Shown piece after piece: positions 41,801-54,932 of a stretch of DNA of 64,000 nt. The DNA is from Octopus sinensis (Eukaryota), in NCBI RefSeq assembly GCF_006345805.1, contig NC_043013.1, positions 38,564,001 to 38,628,000 on the forward strand, written 5' to 3'. Positions within the stretch are counted from its first letter, which is position 1; each line of letters starts with the position of its first letter. The notes below the pieces were generated by a model. The model was not told where the DNA came from. It worked only from the letters and a program-made list of their open reading frames with translations, and ran no database searches. Made by a program: the position numbers and the translations under genes.

Positions 41801-42091
41801 TTCTTCTCGAGCCACGCCTGGCTCATATGGCCGGTTTCCCGGTTTCCTTGGCATATAGGTTCCCCACCTGGACGGGACGCCGGTCCGTCATAACTGAGCT
41901 GCAAGATGCAGGAGGAAAGAGTGAGAGAAAGTTGTGGCAAAAGAGTCAGCAGAAGTTTGCCATTATCTTCTGCCGGAGCCACGTGGAGCTCAGGTGTTTT
42001 CGCTCATAAACATACATATCGGTCTGAGATTCGAACCTACGATCCCTCGACCGCGAGTCCGCTGTTCTAACCACTAGGCCATGTGCCTCCA
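41801..42091 (-). mobile_element. SINE family C
   Basis: Reverse complement of 27498-27808. Confidence 0.85.
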
Positions 42092-42318
42092 CTCAAAATT
42101 TGCTACTATCAACTTATTCAAATGTGTACTCAAAGCGACAGCTCCCTTCCTGCCTCTCTCTGCTCTGCACCTAAAAATTATTATCTTGTTGACTTATAGT
42201 CCATTTTATGCATGATTTCTCGTTTCCGTTCTCTCCTCTCTCTCCTACCTTCCTTGTGTATAAATGTAGGAGTATCTATCTATCTATCTCTCTATCTAGC
42301 TCTACATACATTCATTCA

Positions 42319-42401
<83 letters not shown>

Positions 42402-43240
42402 ATATACACCAATAGTGTGTTTTATACAAGTTGTCTATTAGGAAATTTCTGCAGCGAAGATAATACCGCGTCCGAATGCACAAGGAGGTGTTGAATATAA
42501 TTGTGCACGCATATAATTCAATCAACCCTGCTTTTCCGCTTCCATTTAATTAATTCCAAATTCAGCAAGCTGGGTGCACATCAATAAATATACTTTTTTC
42601 TGTCTAAATATATAAAGGGCTCTTCCTCAGGAGGCAACAACCGATGCATTCTATGCCGGTAGGTGATGGAGTGTAACAACGCAGAAACGTATGTGTCTCA
42701 TTCTCCAATGACGTCAAGGGTCAGTCGATTACATCGATCCTAAGACTTGACTTTTACTTTCTTTTAACAACGTTGAAAGGATTAAAGCAAAGATCATCTC
42801 GGCGGGATTTCTACTAAAAACGCAGAACATTTTGTCGGACGCACTCGCTGGCGTAATTTCAATTGTAATTATATAACGGAAAGTATCAAACATAAAAGAA
42901 ATTTTCTCTCATTGTATTTAGCAGCTCTTTAGCTAATAGCACACCTTTTATCAGCTTCGACAAAGGTTTGATTAAAATACCACTAACAAACTGATTTGTG
43001 GCCATCCCTCTTTCGTTCTATGCTGTTTATATCTTTGTAATAAACGTAATCCTTGAGATCTTGCTTGCAGTATTCTATCAATATATTCCCATACCTTCTA
43101 CCATATTAACATCGGATCTCTGAGGAAACCATTTCATAGATTCACTTGTGTGAGTCCTTTTTCAGCCTTGTGATAACTAATTTGAATTACATGGAGCTTA
43201 TTTTTGTCACTACTTGTGCACATCTTATCATTTTGTACGA

Positions 43241-43477
43241 AGGCAGCGAGCTGGCAGAAACGTTAAGCACGCCGGGTAAAATGCGTAGCCGTATTTCGTC
43301 TGCCGTTACGTTCTGAGTTCAAATTCCGCCGAGGTCGACTTTGCCTTTCATCCTTTCGGGGTCGATAAATTAAGTACCAGTTACGCATTGGGGTCGATAT
43401 AATCGACTTAATCCGTTTGCCTTTCCTTGTTTATCCCTTCTGTGTTTAGCCCCTTGTCGGTAGTAAAGAAATAGGTA
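43241..43477 (+). mobile_element. SINE family B, low divergence
   Basis: Aligns with 28403-28635 and 41007-41245. Confidence 0.88.
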
Positions 43478-43689
43478 TATATACATAACAGCCACTTTTT
43501 CAAGTGCCTCGTAGTTCCATGAAACCCGGTTTGTTTTCCTCATTGTAGTAATGCTCTAACTCTTTCACGTTTACATATTACTTGCGAAAGCATAAGGCTT
43601 CTAAGTTTATTTTTGTTTCAAAACATAACGCACTGAACTGAAAATCTGAGACAATTTTATTATGACAGAATTTATACATGCTCAAAACT

Positions 43690-44150
43690 CATCTTGCTTG
43701 TGCCTGAACTCTTTTGACCAGTCGTACATTTTACTCTTATTCCATCAATCTGCCAATCTTCTCCGAGCGGGTATTGTGAACAGAAACCTGTCTCGCCCAC
43801 TTCAGAAGCTTCTGTTAGAAACTATCGTGTAGAGTTTCCCACTGGATTTCCAAGTGAGACAACAGATATTATCCAACCATCACGTTTTTGGTCTGCCACC
43901 AGGTCTCCCGCCGGATGCCTCCCCTGTTAGGGTCTGTCTTGTAATTCTTTCCTGCTATGATCTAATCGCATGTCACAAAGATTTCACGCAGTAAAATCTC
44001 AATGCGAGTATCCCTGCTTGTCCTGAAGTCCTCATAATCTCCGAGTTATGCACCCTGCCGAGTAACGTCACTCCAGAAATCCTTCGGAAGAATACCATTT
44101 CGGCCGCTTGTATTCGCGACCGTATGCTTTTATCATTATTAACATTTCAA
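43690..44150 (-). mobile_element. RTE-clade LINE 3' fragment (Expander/Rex3-like RT C-terminus)
   Basis: Minus translation IRSRIQAAEMVFFRRISGVTLLGRVHNSEIMR...GRPGGRPKT*WLD matches the RTE pattern RIQAAEMxFLRR.AG...DRVR...GRPRGRP.TRW.D. Confidence 0.75.
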
Positions 44151-44672
44151 ATCAGTCATTTCTTTGTTGCCACTTTACAGCCTTATCCTAAGTCTTTTAA
44201 TATATCACTTCAACAATATAGTGAAATATCCAAAGAAAATGCCTCAATAGCAACCGATGAAAGTCGGGGTTGAATAATCACCTCTTATCTGGTGTCTTTG
44301 TCACACACCTCTCAGATCTCTTCTTCAAACGGCAACGCCCTCCTTCAATCCGCTGCTTGATTATGTTATTCAATATTTGATGACCAATGCGGATAAAATG
44401 AGATATGTCTCGATTAAGCTTTGCTCGTTGATACCAGTGGGAGATTTAGCCGTGTGTAAATTCAACAATTATTGTTCTGAATTCGGTTCTTTTCTTTTTA
44501 TTTCGAATTAAAGCACATATTCATATATGGCACTGCAAAGAGAAGATGTCTGAGTTTAAAAAGGAACAAAGAAATACATGATATGTGATACATATATACA
44601 TATGCGTATATGTGTGTGCATGTGTGCGTGAGCGTGTCTGTGTATGTGTTTATAAATATACATATAAGTATC

Positions 44673-44706
<34 letters not shown>

Positions 44707-44902
44707 CATGAGTCTGAAAGAGAGAGAGACAGGCAGACAGAGAGAAAGACAAGGGTAGAATAGGTCTTTATACATGTTAACAAAGGCACACACACGTGTA
44801 TATATAAATATATATATAGAGCGAAAGACAGAGAGAGCAAGAGAGAGTTAGAAATAGAAAGAGAGAGAGAAAGAGGAGTAAATGAAGCCATGAAGATAAT
44901 GA

Positions 44903-45299
44903 AATAATCGTTCTACTCTTGGCACAAGGCTCTAAATTTTGGGGGAGGGGTCAGTCGATTAGATCAACCGCAGTACGCAATAGGTACTTAATTTATCGAC
45001 CCCGAATGCATGAAAGGCAAAGTTAACCTCAGCGGAATTTGAACTCAGAACGTAACGGCAGACGAAATACCTATGTCTTTACTATCCACATGGGCTAAAC
45101 ACAGAGAGGACAAAGAAGGACAGACAAACGGATTAAGTCGTTTATATCGGCACCAGTGCGTAACTGGTACTTATTTAATCGACTCCGAAAGGATGAAAGG
45201 CAAAGTCGACCTCGGCGGAATTTGAACTCAGAACGTAGCGGCAGACGAAATACCGCTAAGCACTTCGCCCAGCGTGCTGACGATTCTCTCAGCTCGCCG
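44903..45299 (-). mobile_element. Partially dimeric SINE family B
   Basis: A full long-tail unit (45299->45071) is joined at ggtatttcgtctg to a headless short-tail unit (45070->44903). Confidence 0.82.
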
Positions 45300-45509
45300 A
45301 AAAGTGCAGGAAGCTGTAATTCGTAAATAACGGAAAGAACAACACAAAAAAAGAGTATGTACGTGCTTAGGCATAGATACAAGTGTACTATTCAGTATGA
45401 GTGTATGCTACTTTCTCTGACCCTCTCACATTTTACAATCTCCACCACATACATACATACATACATACATACATACGTACATACATACATATATATACAT
45501 ATATATGTA

Positions 45510-45700
45510 ATAAACCCCCACCCCCAAAAAAAAGAACAAACGCAAGAAACAAAAGCAAAAACAACGAGAGGATGTGGTAGATGGAATGCATTAGAGAACG
45601 CCCAGGGAAGGAAAGAAAGGTGTTTTAACGTTTCGAGCTAAGCTCTTCGTCAGAAAGGGAAGACAGACGAATGTCCTGGAGAGAAGAAAGGTTATCTTGA
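45510..45700 (-). mobile_element. PLE terminal-repeat remnant between TA-rich microsatellites
   Basis: Contains a hammerhead core followed by a U-rich tail on the minus strand; layout as at 5140-5421. Confidence 0.6.
45622..45659 (-). ncRNA. Minimal type I hammerhead ribozyme motif with intact core
   Basis: Minus strand CCCTTT-CTGACGA-A-GAGC(TTA)GCTC-GAAAC-GTT-AAAA. Canonical CUGANGA and GAAA are present with one extra A before stem II, palindromic ACGU stem III and a GUU triplet. Stem I is only ~3 bp. Confidence 0.7.
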
Positions 45701-45704
45701 AATA

Positions 45705-45763
<59 letters not shown>

Positions 45764-45783
45764 GTATAGATATATATATATAT

Positions 45784-45820
<37 letters not shown>

Positions 45821-46662
45821 GTATACATATATATATATATATACACATATATATATACATATATATATGTATGTATATATATATATATATTTATATATAT
45901 GTATACATATATATATATATGTACGTATCTATATATATACATATATATACATATATATCTGTGTGTGGCTGCATACATGTGAGTATGTATACATATATAC
46001 ATGCACATATTTACATATGCATGTATGTATGTATGTATGCATGTATGTATGAGCTTGTGTATGTATCTGCGTATTTGTGTGTATGTGTGTATGTGTGCGT
46101 ATGTGTGTGTGTGTACAAGATGTTCAAGTGAGATAGGCATAACAGAGGTGTGAAAATGAAAGATTGGCGAAAGAAACATGGGAATGAATGACAAAGTAGA
46201 CACAGAATGAGGAAAGAATCTGCGAGAAGGAGAGTGATAGAGAGTAAGGAAGAGAGAGAGAGCAGAGAGGGAGAGAAAAGACTGCGTTGAACTAGGGTGG
46301 GGGGAAGGTTCGAGATACGTAGAGGGCAAACAAAAAGAGTGGGAGAAATGAAAGCTTTAAGAATTAAATAGAGATCTGCAAAAGAAGGCGAGAGAGAGAA
46401 GGGTGTAGATACAAGGGAAGAATGTGGGCGAGAAAACTGATTAAATAGAAACGAAGAATTGAGATGTATCGAATAGAGTGAGATTAAACTAACTGCAATC
46501 TAAGCCACACCTACTTCATGTATAATTTCAGGCATGTAGCAGCAACAGGCTACATGGACACAGGCATATATAATGGTCGGTTGATGTGTGCGCGAGTATG
46601 TATATGGCTGTGTGACGCTCGGGTACGTGTGCGGTACAAGAACCATAAAACCACACACACAC

Positions 46663-46704
<42 letters not shown>

Positions 46705-47001
46705 CCTTGTATGTACGCATATATATATATATATACATATATTATATAGATACAGATATATTAGAATGCGTATCTATACATACGCAGATACACGTATATA
46801 CATGATTATTTTTGGGAATACTATATCTTGGAGTATGTATACAAAGCTATAAACAATAGCATGTAAATATTGGGTGGATAGAATGTATATATGTATATAT
46901 GTATATATATATGTATATATGTGTGTGTGTGCACATATGTATATACATATACATGTATATATATATGTATGTATGTATGTATATGTATATGTATGTATAT
47001 G

Positions 47002-47033
<32 letters not shown>

Positions 47034-47356
47034 TATGTATATGTATATATGTATGTATGTATATCTGTATAGTGATGTAATACATCAGTGTTCGGGTAGC
47101 TTTCTCCTCGCTGATATTCGCTCCATCTTACATTGTTAAAACGTCTTCGCACTTGTCGTCATATATCACTTACTTTTTCGCCTCAAATGCATTTAAATTG
47201 CATGAAATAGAATATATTTCTTCTGTTCTGTTATTCGAAGCTTTGATGCGGCAGGTTTATTATGTAAGATATAGGCATACCAATGTGAGACTTTCTCTCA
47301 CTTTTTTTTCCGAAAACATACATACATACATGCATACATGCATCTTTGTACCTGTG

Positions 47357-47460
<104 letters not shown>

Positions 47461-47572
47461 AATATATCTGTGTGTGTGTGTATGAGAGAGAGTGTGTGTG
47501 TGTGTATGTGTGTGTAAATATAAATATATAATATATATGTATATATGCATGTGGATATATATTATGTATATA

Positions 47573-47615
<43 letters not shown>

Positions 47616-48099
47616 ATGTGTGTGTGTACATATATACATGTATGTATATGTGAGTGTTTCTCTGTGTGTGGGTGTGCGCACATTTGTGTGTGTGTGCGTG
47701 CGGTGAAATGGAAGTGGAAGGTGTTTCGACTGAATGAGACGGCTTTCTGTTACAAGCCCGCGAGACTTTAAGTCACATTGAGCCGAATCAAACAGTTTTA
47801 AAAAACAATAATAATAATAGTAATAATAAATGAATATATTACATGTGCAAATGCCTGTGTATATATGAGCATATATGTATAGACATACATACGTACATAT
47901 ATATATATATTGTTCTAAGTTACAGAAAACAAAAGACAAGGTCCAAGTGCAGGAACAAGAAGCAGGGAAGAATGGAAAAGTCTTATATATATACATATAT
48001 ATTTGTGTGTGTCTATGTGTCTTTGTGTGTATGTGTGTGTGTGTGTGTATGTGTGTGTGTGTGTGCGTGTGCGTGTGTATTAATACATAGATACATATA

Positions 48100-48875
48100 T
48101 TGGGCCATTTCATAAATAATGTAGTTTTTTCAATTGATTGAATTAAAAGCCGGGGAGCGGTCAAGGTAAACTAACTGCATCAACTTGCTATAAAAGCAGG
48201 TATTAATTTTATCTTGAACTTATTCTTAGTGCAAGTTTTGAAGACTGCTTTCGATTTTAACAGTTATTCCCTCAAAGCTATAATGGGGATGTCAAAGGAG
48301 CTTATTCGGCATGTTTTGCTTTATGAGTTAAATAAAGGCAAAAAGGCAACGGAATATGCGAGGAATATTAATTCAGTATTTGGGGATCAGACAATAAGTG
48401 TAAGCCAGTGTCAATGGTGGTTCCAGAAATTCCGAGCTGGAACTACAGCCTAGAAGACCAGCCTCGTCCTGGAAGATCTGTAGAGCTTGACGAGGACGTC
48501 GTGCAAAACCTGGTGGTACAAAGTCTGTTGAGGAACTAGCAGAGACGCTCGGATTTGGTCATTCGACCATTCATCGACACCTGCGTTCTATAAAAAAAGT
48601 CAGCAAATTAGGCCAATGTGTTCCTCACAAACGTGTCCTGTCTAATGGCACCTAGTGATTGAATGTGTGTTCTTCTTTGCTCTCACATCTCACGAATGAA
48701 CCTCTTCTGGACCGAATAATGACTGGTGACGAGAAATGGGTTCTCTATAAAAATGTCAAGTGCCGAAGACAGTGGGTGGGAAAATGAGAAACTCTGGCAC
48801 ACAAAGTTAAAGGTCTTGAACCACGTAATGTGTTGTTATCTGTTTGGTGTAATGTGAAAGGTTTAGTCTACTGAA
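48100..48875 (+). mobile_element. 3'-truncated mariner transposon
   Basis: Left end TA|ttgggccatttcataaataatg. Broken ORF from 48283: MGMSKELIRHVLLYELNKGKKATEYARNINSVFGDQTISVSQCQWWFQKFRAG...LEDQPRPGR...LDRIMTGDEKWVLYKN...VLLSVW. Confidence 0.85.
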
Positions 48876-49247
48876 CATTTAATCCATTGCAGGATTCAGG
48901 GCTTGCAAATTTGAAAAGAAGGGGCCATTATATCGAGTGCACTACGTCACAGTATTTTATCGACTCGGGAAAAATGAAAGGTGTAATTCACCTTGGCGGG
49001 ATTTGAACTTAGAAAGTAAAGAGCCAAAGGAAATGCCTCTGGCATATTGCCCGACTGTGTATGTATGTATGCCTGCATGTATGTGTGTATATATGTATGT
49101 AAGCATGTATATGTATATGTATGTATGTATCCATGCATATATGTGTATATGTATGTATGCATTTATGTATATATGTATGTATGTATTACACGCCCAAAAG
49201 TGTGTGTACGCTTGTGTATATGTATATATATATATAATATATATATA

Positions 49248-49280
<33 letters not shown>

Positions 49281-49552
49281 GATATATATATATATATGGC
49301 TGTGAGGAGTGCGTGTGCGCCCGGTAGGTCATTAATTTTCAGAGATTTAATTTTACTATTGATTGACTTTGACAATGGCGAATACATGGTGTTAAACGAA
49401 AGGCAACATTAACCACGGCGGAATTTGCAACCAATTCAGAACTTAAAGAACCGACGTAAATATTGATTTCAACAGCGAATAAGTAAAAACAAAAAATAAA
49501 TCCGCTGTTCTGACAACTTTGTCAATGAGCAACCGCATTATGTTAACAAGAA

Positions 49553-49766
49553 AGGCAGCGAGGTGGCAGAACCGTTAGTACACCGAGCAAAATGATTCGA
49601 AATATTTCGCCCGTCATACTGTGTGAGCTTTAATTCCACTGAGATCGATTTTGCCTTTCATCCTTTTGGGGGTCTATAAAATTAAGTACCAGTGAAAAAT
49701 TGGTTTCGATATAATCCACTAGTCCACTTCCCCCGAATTTCAGGCCTCGTGCCTATCGTAGAAGGG
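49553..49766 (+). mobile_element. SINE family B (short-tail form) with (ATT)n tail
   Basis: Family B similarity. It is preceded by the 16-bp attatgttaacaagaa that recurs at 50849-50864. Confidence 0.8.
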
Positions 49767-49781
49767 ATTATTATTATTATT

Positions 49782-49977
49782 GTCTTAGTACAGTTTCTAA
49801 CGCTGGAGATGTACTACGGTGTTGGCTGTTCCTTACCAGTGAACTAAGGTTACACTCCTTTAATTTTCGAGCACCATCCGGAGTATTCGAACGGTTCCAA
49901 ACAGTACTGTTTTCTGCAAGAGCTCCATCCTTATTGCAGCCCTTGTTTGTTCCATGTACTTCTCAAGATGGCTTATC
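49782..49977 (-). mobile_element. ~195-bp 3' end of a Dong/R4-type LINE inserted in an (ATT)n tract
   Basis: Minus translation HLEKYMEQTRAAIRMELLQKTVLFGTVRILRMVLEN* is the RLE-LINE C-terminus (LQKTVLLGTARILR). (ATT)n lies at 49767-49781 and 49981-50030. Confidence 0.85.
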
Positions 49978-49979
49978 AA

Positions 49980-50030
<51 letters not shown>

Positions 50031-50114
50031 CATCATCATTATTACTGTGGCACCTTGGGCAAGTGTCTTCGGGCTGACCAAATCCTTTAGTGGAAACTGA
50101 AAGAAGCCCGTTGT

Positions 50115-51293
50115 ATATATATATATATATATAGGTATGTATCTATATCTATATCTATCTATCTATCTATATATATATATATATATGCATACATACATAC
50201 ACACACACGCACACATATTTACCTGTGTGTGTCTTTCTGTCTGTTTTTGATCCACCTGCTATCGCTGGACAGCTGTTGTTGGTGCGTTTATATCCGGGAA
50301 ATCTAGTGGTTCGAAAAAGTACCCGATAGAATAAGTGTTGGTGTCGATTTGTTCGACTAAAACTGATGCTCCAGCATGGTCGCATTAAAATGACTGGAAC
50401 GTATAAAAGAAAATTATTATTAAGGCGTTGAGCTGGCAGAACCGTTAGCAGAATGTTTAGCAGCATTTCGACCATCTTTACGTTCTGATTTCTAATTCCA
50501 CCGAGGCCCGACTTTGCTTTTCATTCTTTTGGGATGTGTCAGTATAAAAGTCAAATGATTTGACACAAAACGTTTATTTTTAAGACATAAATATATTTTT
50601 TTCATTGGTTTCGTTTAAAATTTTTGGAGTCTTGTTCTCATTTTATACATTTTATTTCTTATATGTATTTTTGTTGTCTCTTCCTTCCTGTCATTGCCGC
50701 CAGCGGAGAAACGAAATTGAAATGATGGTGTTTGCTTTTCATCCTTTTGAGGTCGATAACTTAAGTACCAGATGCGCACTGGGGTCAATGTAATCAACTT
50801 GTCCCCTACCTCAAAATTGCTGGTCTTTTTTGTTATATTTTAAAGGTTATTATGTTAACAAGAAGAACAACAAATATTGAAGAATAAGGAACAAAACAGC
50901 TATGTGATTAATTGTTGACTGTATCACTTATGGCTTTTGTTTTTGCAGCTCTATTGCGTTGGCAGAAACGCCCACGTTATTCTCTCGCTAAATGTGTTTT
51001 TATTGAAATAAAAGAACAAAGAAAAAAAGTAGCCGGTATATTCCAGGTGTGTGATAAAACGTTGGTATGCAGATGTCAAATTGTGTAGGAGACAACTCTG
51101 GTCTGCGCTCATGTTATAAGTTTACTTGTGTGTAATAATATAAATATTACACAGACTCACAAAGAATAATATGTTGTAGTCAACATGGCAAATAATACGC
51201 TTGAGAACGTTGGTAATATCAATTGGTTTAACACATACACACACATAAGCACAAGCATATACATACAAACAAATACACACCACATATAGGTGT

Positions 51294-51336
<43 letters not shown>

Positions 51337-52513
51337 ATATATATATAGGTATGTATCTATATCTATATCTATCTATCTATCTATATATATATATATATAT
51401 ATGCATACATACATACACACACACGCACACATATTTACCTGTGTGTGTCTTTCTGTCTGTTTTTGATCCACCTGCTATCGCTGGACAGCTGTTGTTGGTG
51501 CGTTTATATCCGGGAAATCTAGTGGTTCGAAAAAAGTACCCGATAGAATAAGTGTTGGTGTCGATTTGTTCGACTAAAACTGATGCTCCAGCATGGTCGC
51601 ATTAAAATGACTGGAACGTATAAAAGAAAATTATTATTAAGGCGTTGAGCTGGCAGAACCGTTAGCAGAATGTTTAGCAGCATTTCGACCATCTTTACGT
51701 TCTGATTTCTAATTCCACCGAGGCCCGACTTTGCTTTTCATTCTTTTGGGATGTGTCAGTATAAAAGTCAAATGATTTGACACAAAACGTTTATTTTTAA
51801 GACATAAATATATTTTTTTCATTGGTTTCGTTTAAAATTTTTGGAGTCTTGTTCTCATTTTATACATTTTATTTCTTATATGTATTTTTGTTGTCTCTTC
51901 CTTCCTGTCATTGCCGCCAGCGGAGAAACGAAATTGAAATGATGGTGTTTGCTTTTCATCCTTTTGAGGTCGATAACTTAAGTACCAGATGCGCACTGGG
52001 GTCAATGTAATCAACTTGTCCCCTACCTCAAAATTGCTGGTCTTTTTTGTTATATTTTAAAGGTTATTATGTTAACAAGAAGAACAACAAATATTGAAGA
52101 ATAAGGAACAAAACAGCTATGTGATTAATTGTTGACTGTATCACTTAATGGCTTTTGTTTTTGCAGCTCTATTGCGTTGGCAGAAACGCCCACGTTATTC
52201 TCTCGCTAAATGTGTTTTTATTGAAATAAAAGAACAAAGAAAAAAAGTAGCCGGTATATTCCAGGTGTGTGATAAAACGTTGGTATGCAGATGTCAAATT
52301 GTGTAGGAGACAACTCTGGTCTGCGCTCATGTTATAAGTTTACTTGTGTGTAATAATATAAATATTTACACAGACTCACAAAGAATAATATGTTGTAGTC
52401 AACATGGCAAATAATACGCTTGAGAACGTTGGTAATATCAATTGGTTTAACATATACACACACATAAGCACAAGCATATACATACAAACAAATACACACA
52501 CACATATAGGTGT

Positions 52514-52545
<32 letters not shown>
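50115..52545. repeat. Near-identical tandem duplication, unit ~1215 bp
   Basis: 50131-51296 matches 51345-52516, with identical ORF pairs 50605/51822 and 50615/51832. The junctions lie in (TA)n tracts. Each unit holds a SINE A 3' half and an interrupted SINE B. Confidence 0.95.
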
Positions 52546-52565
<20 letters not shown>

Positions 52566-52705
52566 GCATATACGTATTTACGTATATATATATATGTGTG
52601 TGTGTGTGTACATATATATGTGTACATATACATACATATATATATGTGTACTTATACATACATGTATAAATGTATTTATATGTATGTATAAATATCACCT
52701 ACGTA

Positions 52706-52767
<62 letters not shown>

Positions 52768-53806
52768 AAGAGAGAGAGTGAGTGAGGGAGAGTGAGTTAG
52801 AGAACGGGAGAGAGAGAAATAAAGGATATCAGTACTATCTAAATAAGCAGAAAATAGAAAATGGTTTTTAACATCACACAAATTGATATACAAACAACAC
52901 ACATAAACACCAGCGCAGGCATACACTCTTCCACTGATACCTATATACATATGTATACGTATATATACACATGCATACCCATACAACACACACATACGGA
53001 GTATAGACGCCATCTTGTGTCGGTATGCCGTTACATACCTCATAATAGCACACTTCATCTTTAACACTGAATATGACACGTGGTCCACTCCACTTTTAAA
53101 TTTAATCTACCACCACCACCAGCACCACTACCACCTCAACCAATACTTCCATGATCATCGTAATGATTCTGAACCACAACATCATCGCCACCATTACCGC
53201 CATCAGGTTAACCATTAACACCACTACCGCAGTTATCAATAACACCACAACCAATGACAATAACGCTAGCAATGTGTTTTTAAACAGTTAAACAACTAAA
53301 AACGTAAACACGAAGAAGAGTAAACAAAAACTACAAAAAACGAAAGGAACAAAAGCGATTTTTAAAAAACAATTTAAAAACCTCGTTCCCACCCCCTTAC
53401 ACGTCGTGCAAATACCGTCATTGAAACACTAAACAAAATTTAAAATTATCGCCTTTTAGCTTGAGGGCGAAAACGGAAAGTTAAAGTATAAAAAAGCATA
53501 AAATTTATACAAAGCTTCGCCGTCTGAACGGAACAATAATTTTCACATTCGCTTCATGCCTCTTGCTCCCTAACCCTATTTTAAGGCTGCGTTTAAAATT
53601 TTTAAATTTTTTCATTTTCTTTTCAACATAAATGCCTCTTCCTTCCCTCAGCCACCATTATCTTTTCGTTTATTTATTTATTTTGATCATCTTTATCTTG
53701 TTTCCTCTCTCTCTCTCTTATTATCTCTCTTGTCCTGCCACCATCTTAAAGATCTCGTCTCTGTTGTTTCGACACTCGTCTGTGGATAGCCACAAGTAAC
53801 TGTGTC

Positions 53807-54003
53807 TGTCAGTAAAAAAGTCAAACGATTTGACACAAAACGTTTATTTTTAAGACATAAATATTTTTTTTTTCATTGGCTTCGTTTTAAATTTTTTGAT
53901 TCTTGTTCTCGTTTTATACACTTTATTTTTTATATTTAATTTTGTTGTCTCTTCCTTCCTGTCATTGCCGTCAGCGGGGAAACGAGATGGAAATGATAGT
54001 GTT
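53807..54003 (+). repeat. Diverged homologue of the 197-bp insert at 50534-50730 (and its duplicate ~51750-51947)
   Basis: Shared aaagtcaaa.gatttgacacaaaacgtttatttttaagacataaata ... ttgttgtctcttccttcctgtcattgccg.cagcgg.gaaacga. Confidence 0.9.
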
Positions 54004-54516
54004 AGAAATGAGGGCAAAAAATAAAGATGTAAGGTGGATGCGGAGAATATATAAAAGAGAGAAAAAGGACGAGGAAAAGTGGGAGTAGAAATAGCGTAGT
54101 TGAAGGACGTGTTTAGTGGTACATCGCTTTTGCTCTTTTGAACTTTTACGCTCTTGTTACATAAATTGTCGTATTTTTATTTGTTAAATTACAGCAAAGA
54201 AGCTATGCCCATAGCCGGCAAATCCGCCTGACAAGGTTGGGTGGAGAAGTTTAAGCTGCGATTACATTATATTACATTACATATACATTTTTTAATTGGC
54301 TCGTTTTATGTTGTTGAATATTTAGTCATTGGAGGATATACATGAGCAGGAGAGTGGAAATGAATAAATTTGGCTAATTTTATTTCAATTTAACGGAGTT
54401 TAAACACATTCAAAGTATTGAAAAAACACTAGGACCTATATGAATACAAATTAACGGTAATATTAAAGTTTTTATATATATATATATATATATATACATA
54501 TATATACACAGATATA

Positions 54517-54606
<90 letters not shown>

Positions 54607-54632
54607 GCATAAACATATATTGACATTATTAA

Positions 54633-54701
<69 letters not shown>

Positions 54702-54732
54702 GCATAAACATATATTGACATTATTAAATATG

Positions 54733-54765
<33 letters not shown>

Positions 54766-54879
54766 ATGTATATATATAAATGCCCACACACATACACGCA
54801 TGAAGAGAGAGAGTGGGAGGAAGATAGATAGATAGATAGGTAGATAGATAGATAGACAGATAGATAGATAGATAAATAG

Positions 54880-54932
<53 letters not shown>

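Noticed and set aside
54601-54735. ~35-bp unit (cgcataaacatatattgacattattaaatatgta) repeated twice between (TA)n tracts, superficially repeat-spacer-like
   Set aside because: Only two copies separated by pure (TA)n. This is a slippage duplication in eukaryotic DNA, not a CRISPR array.
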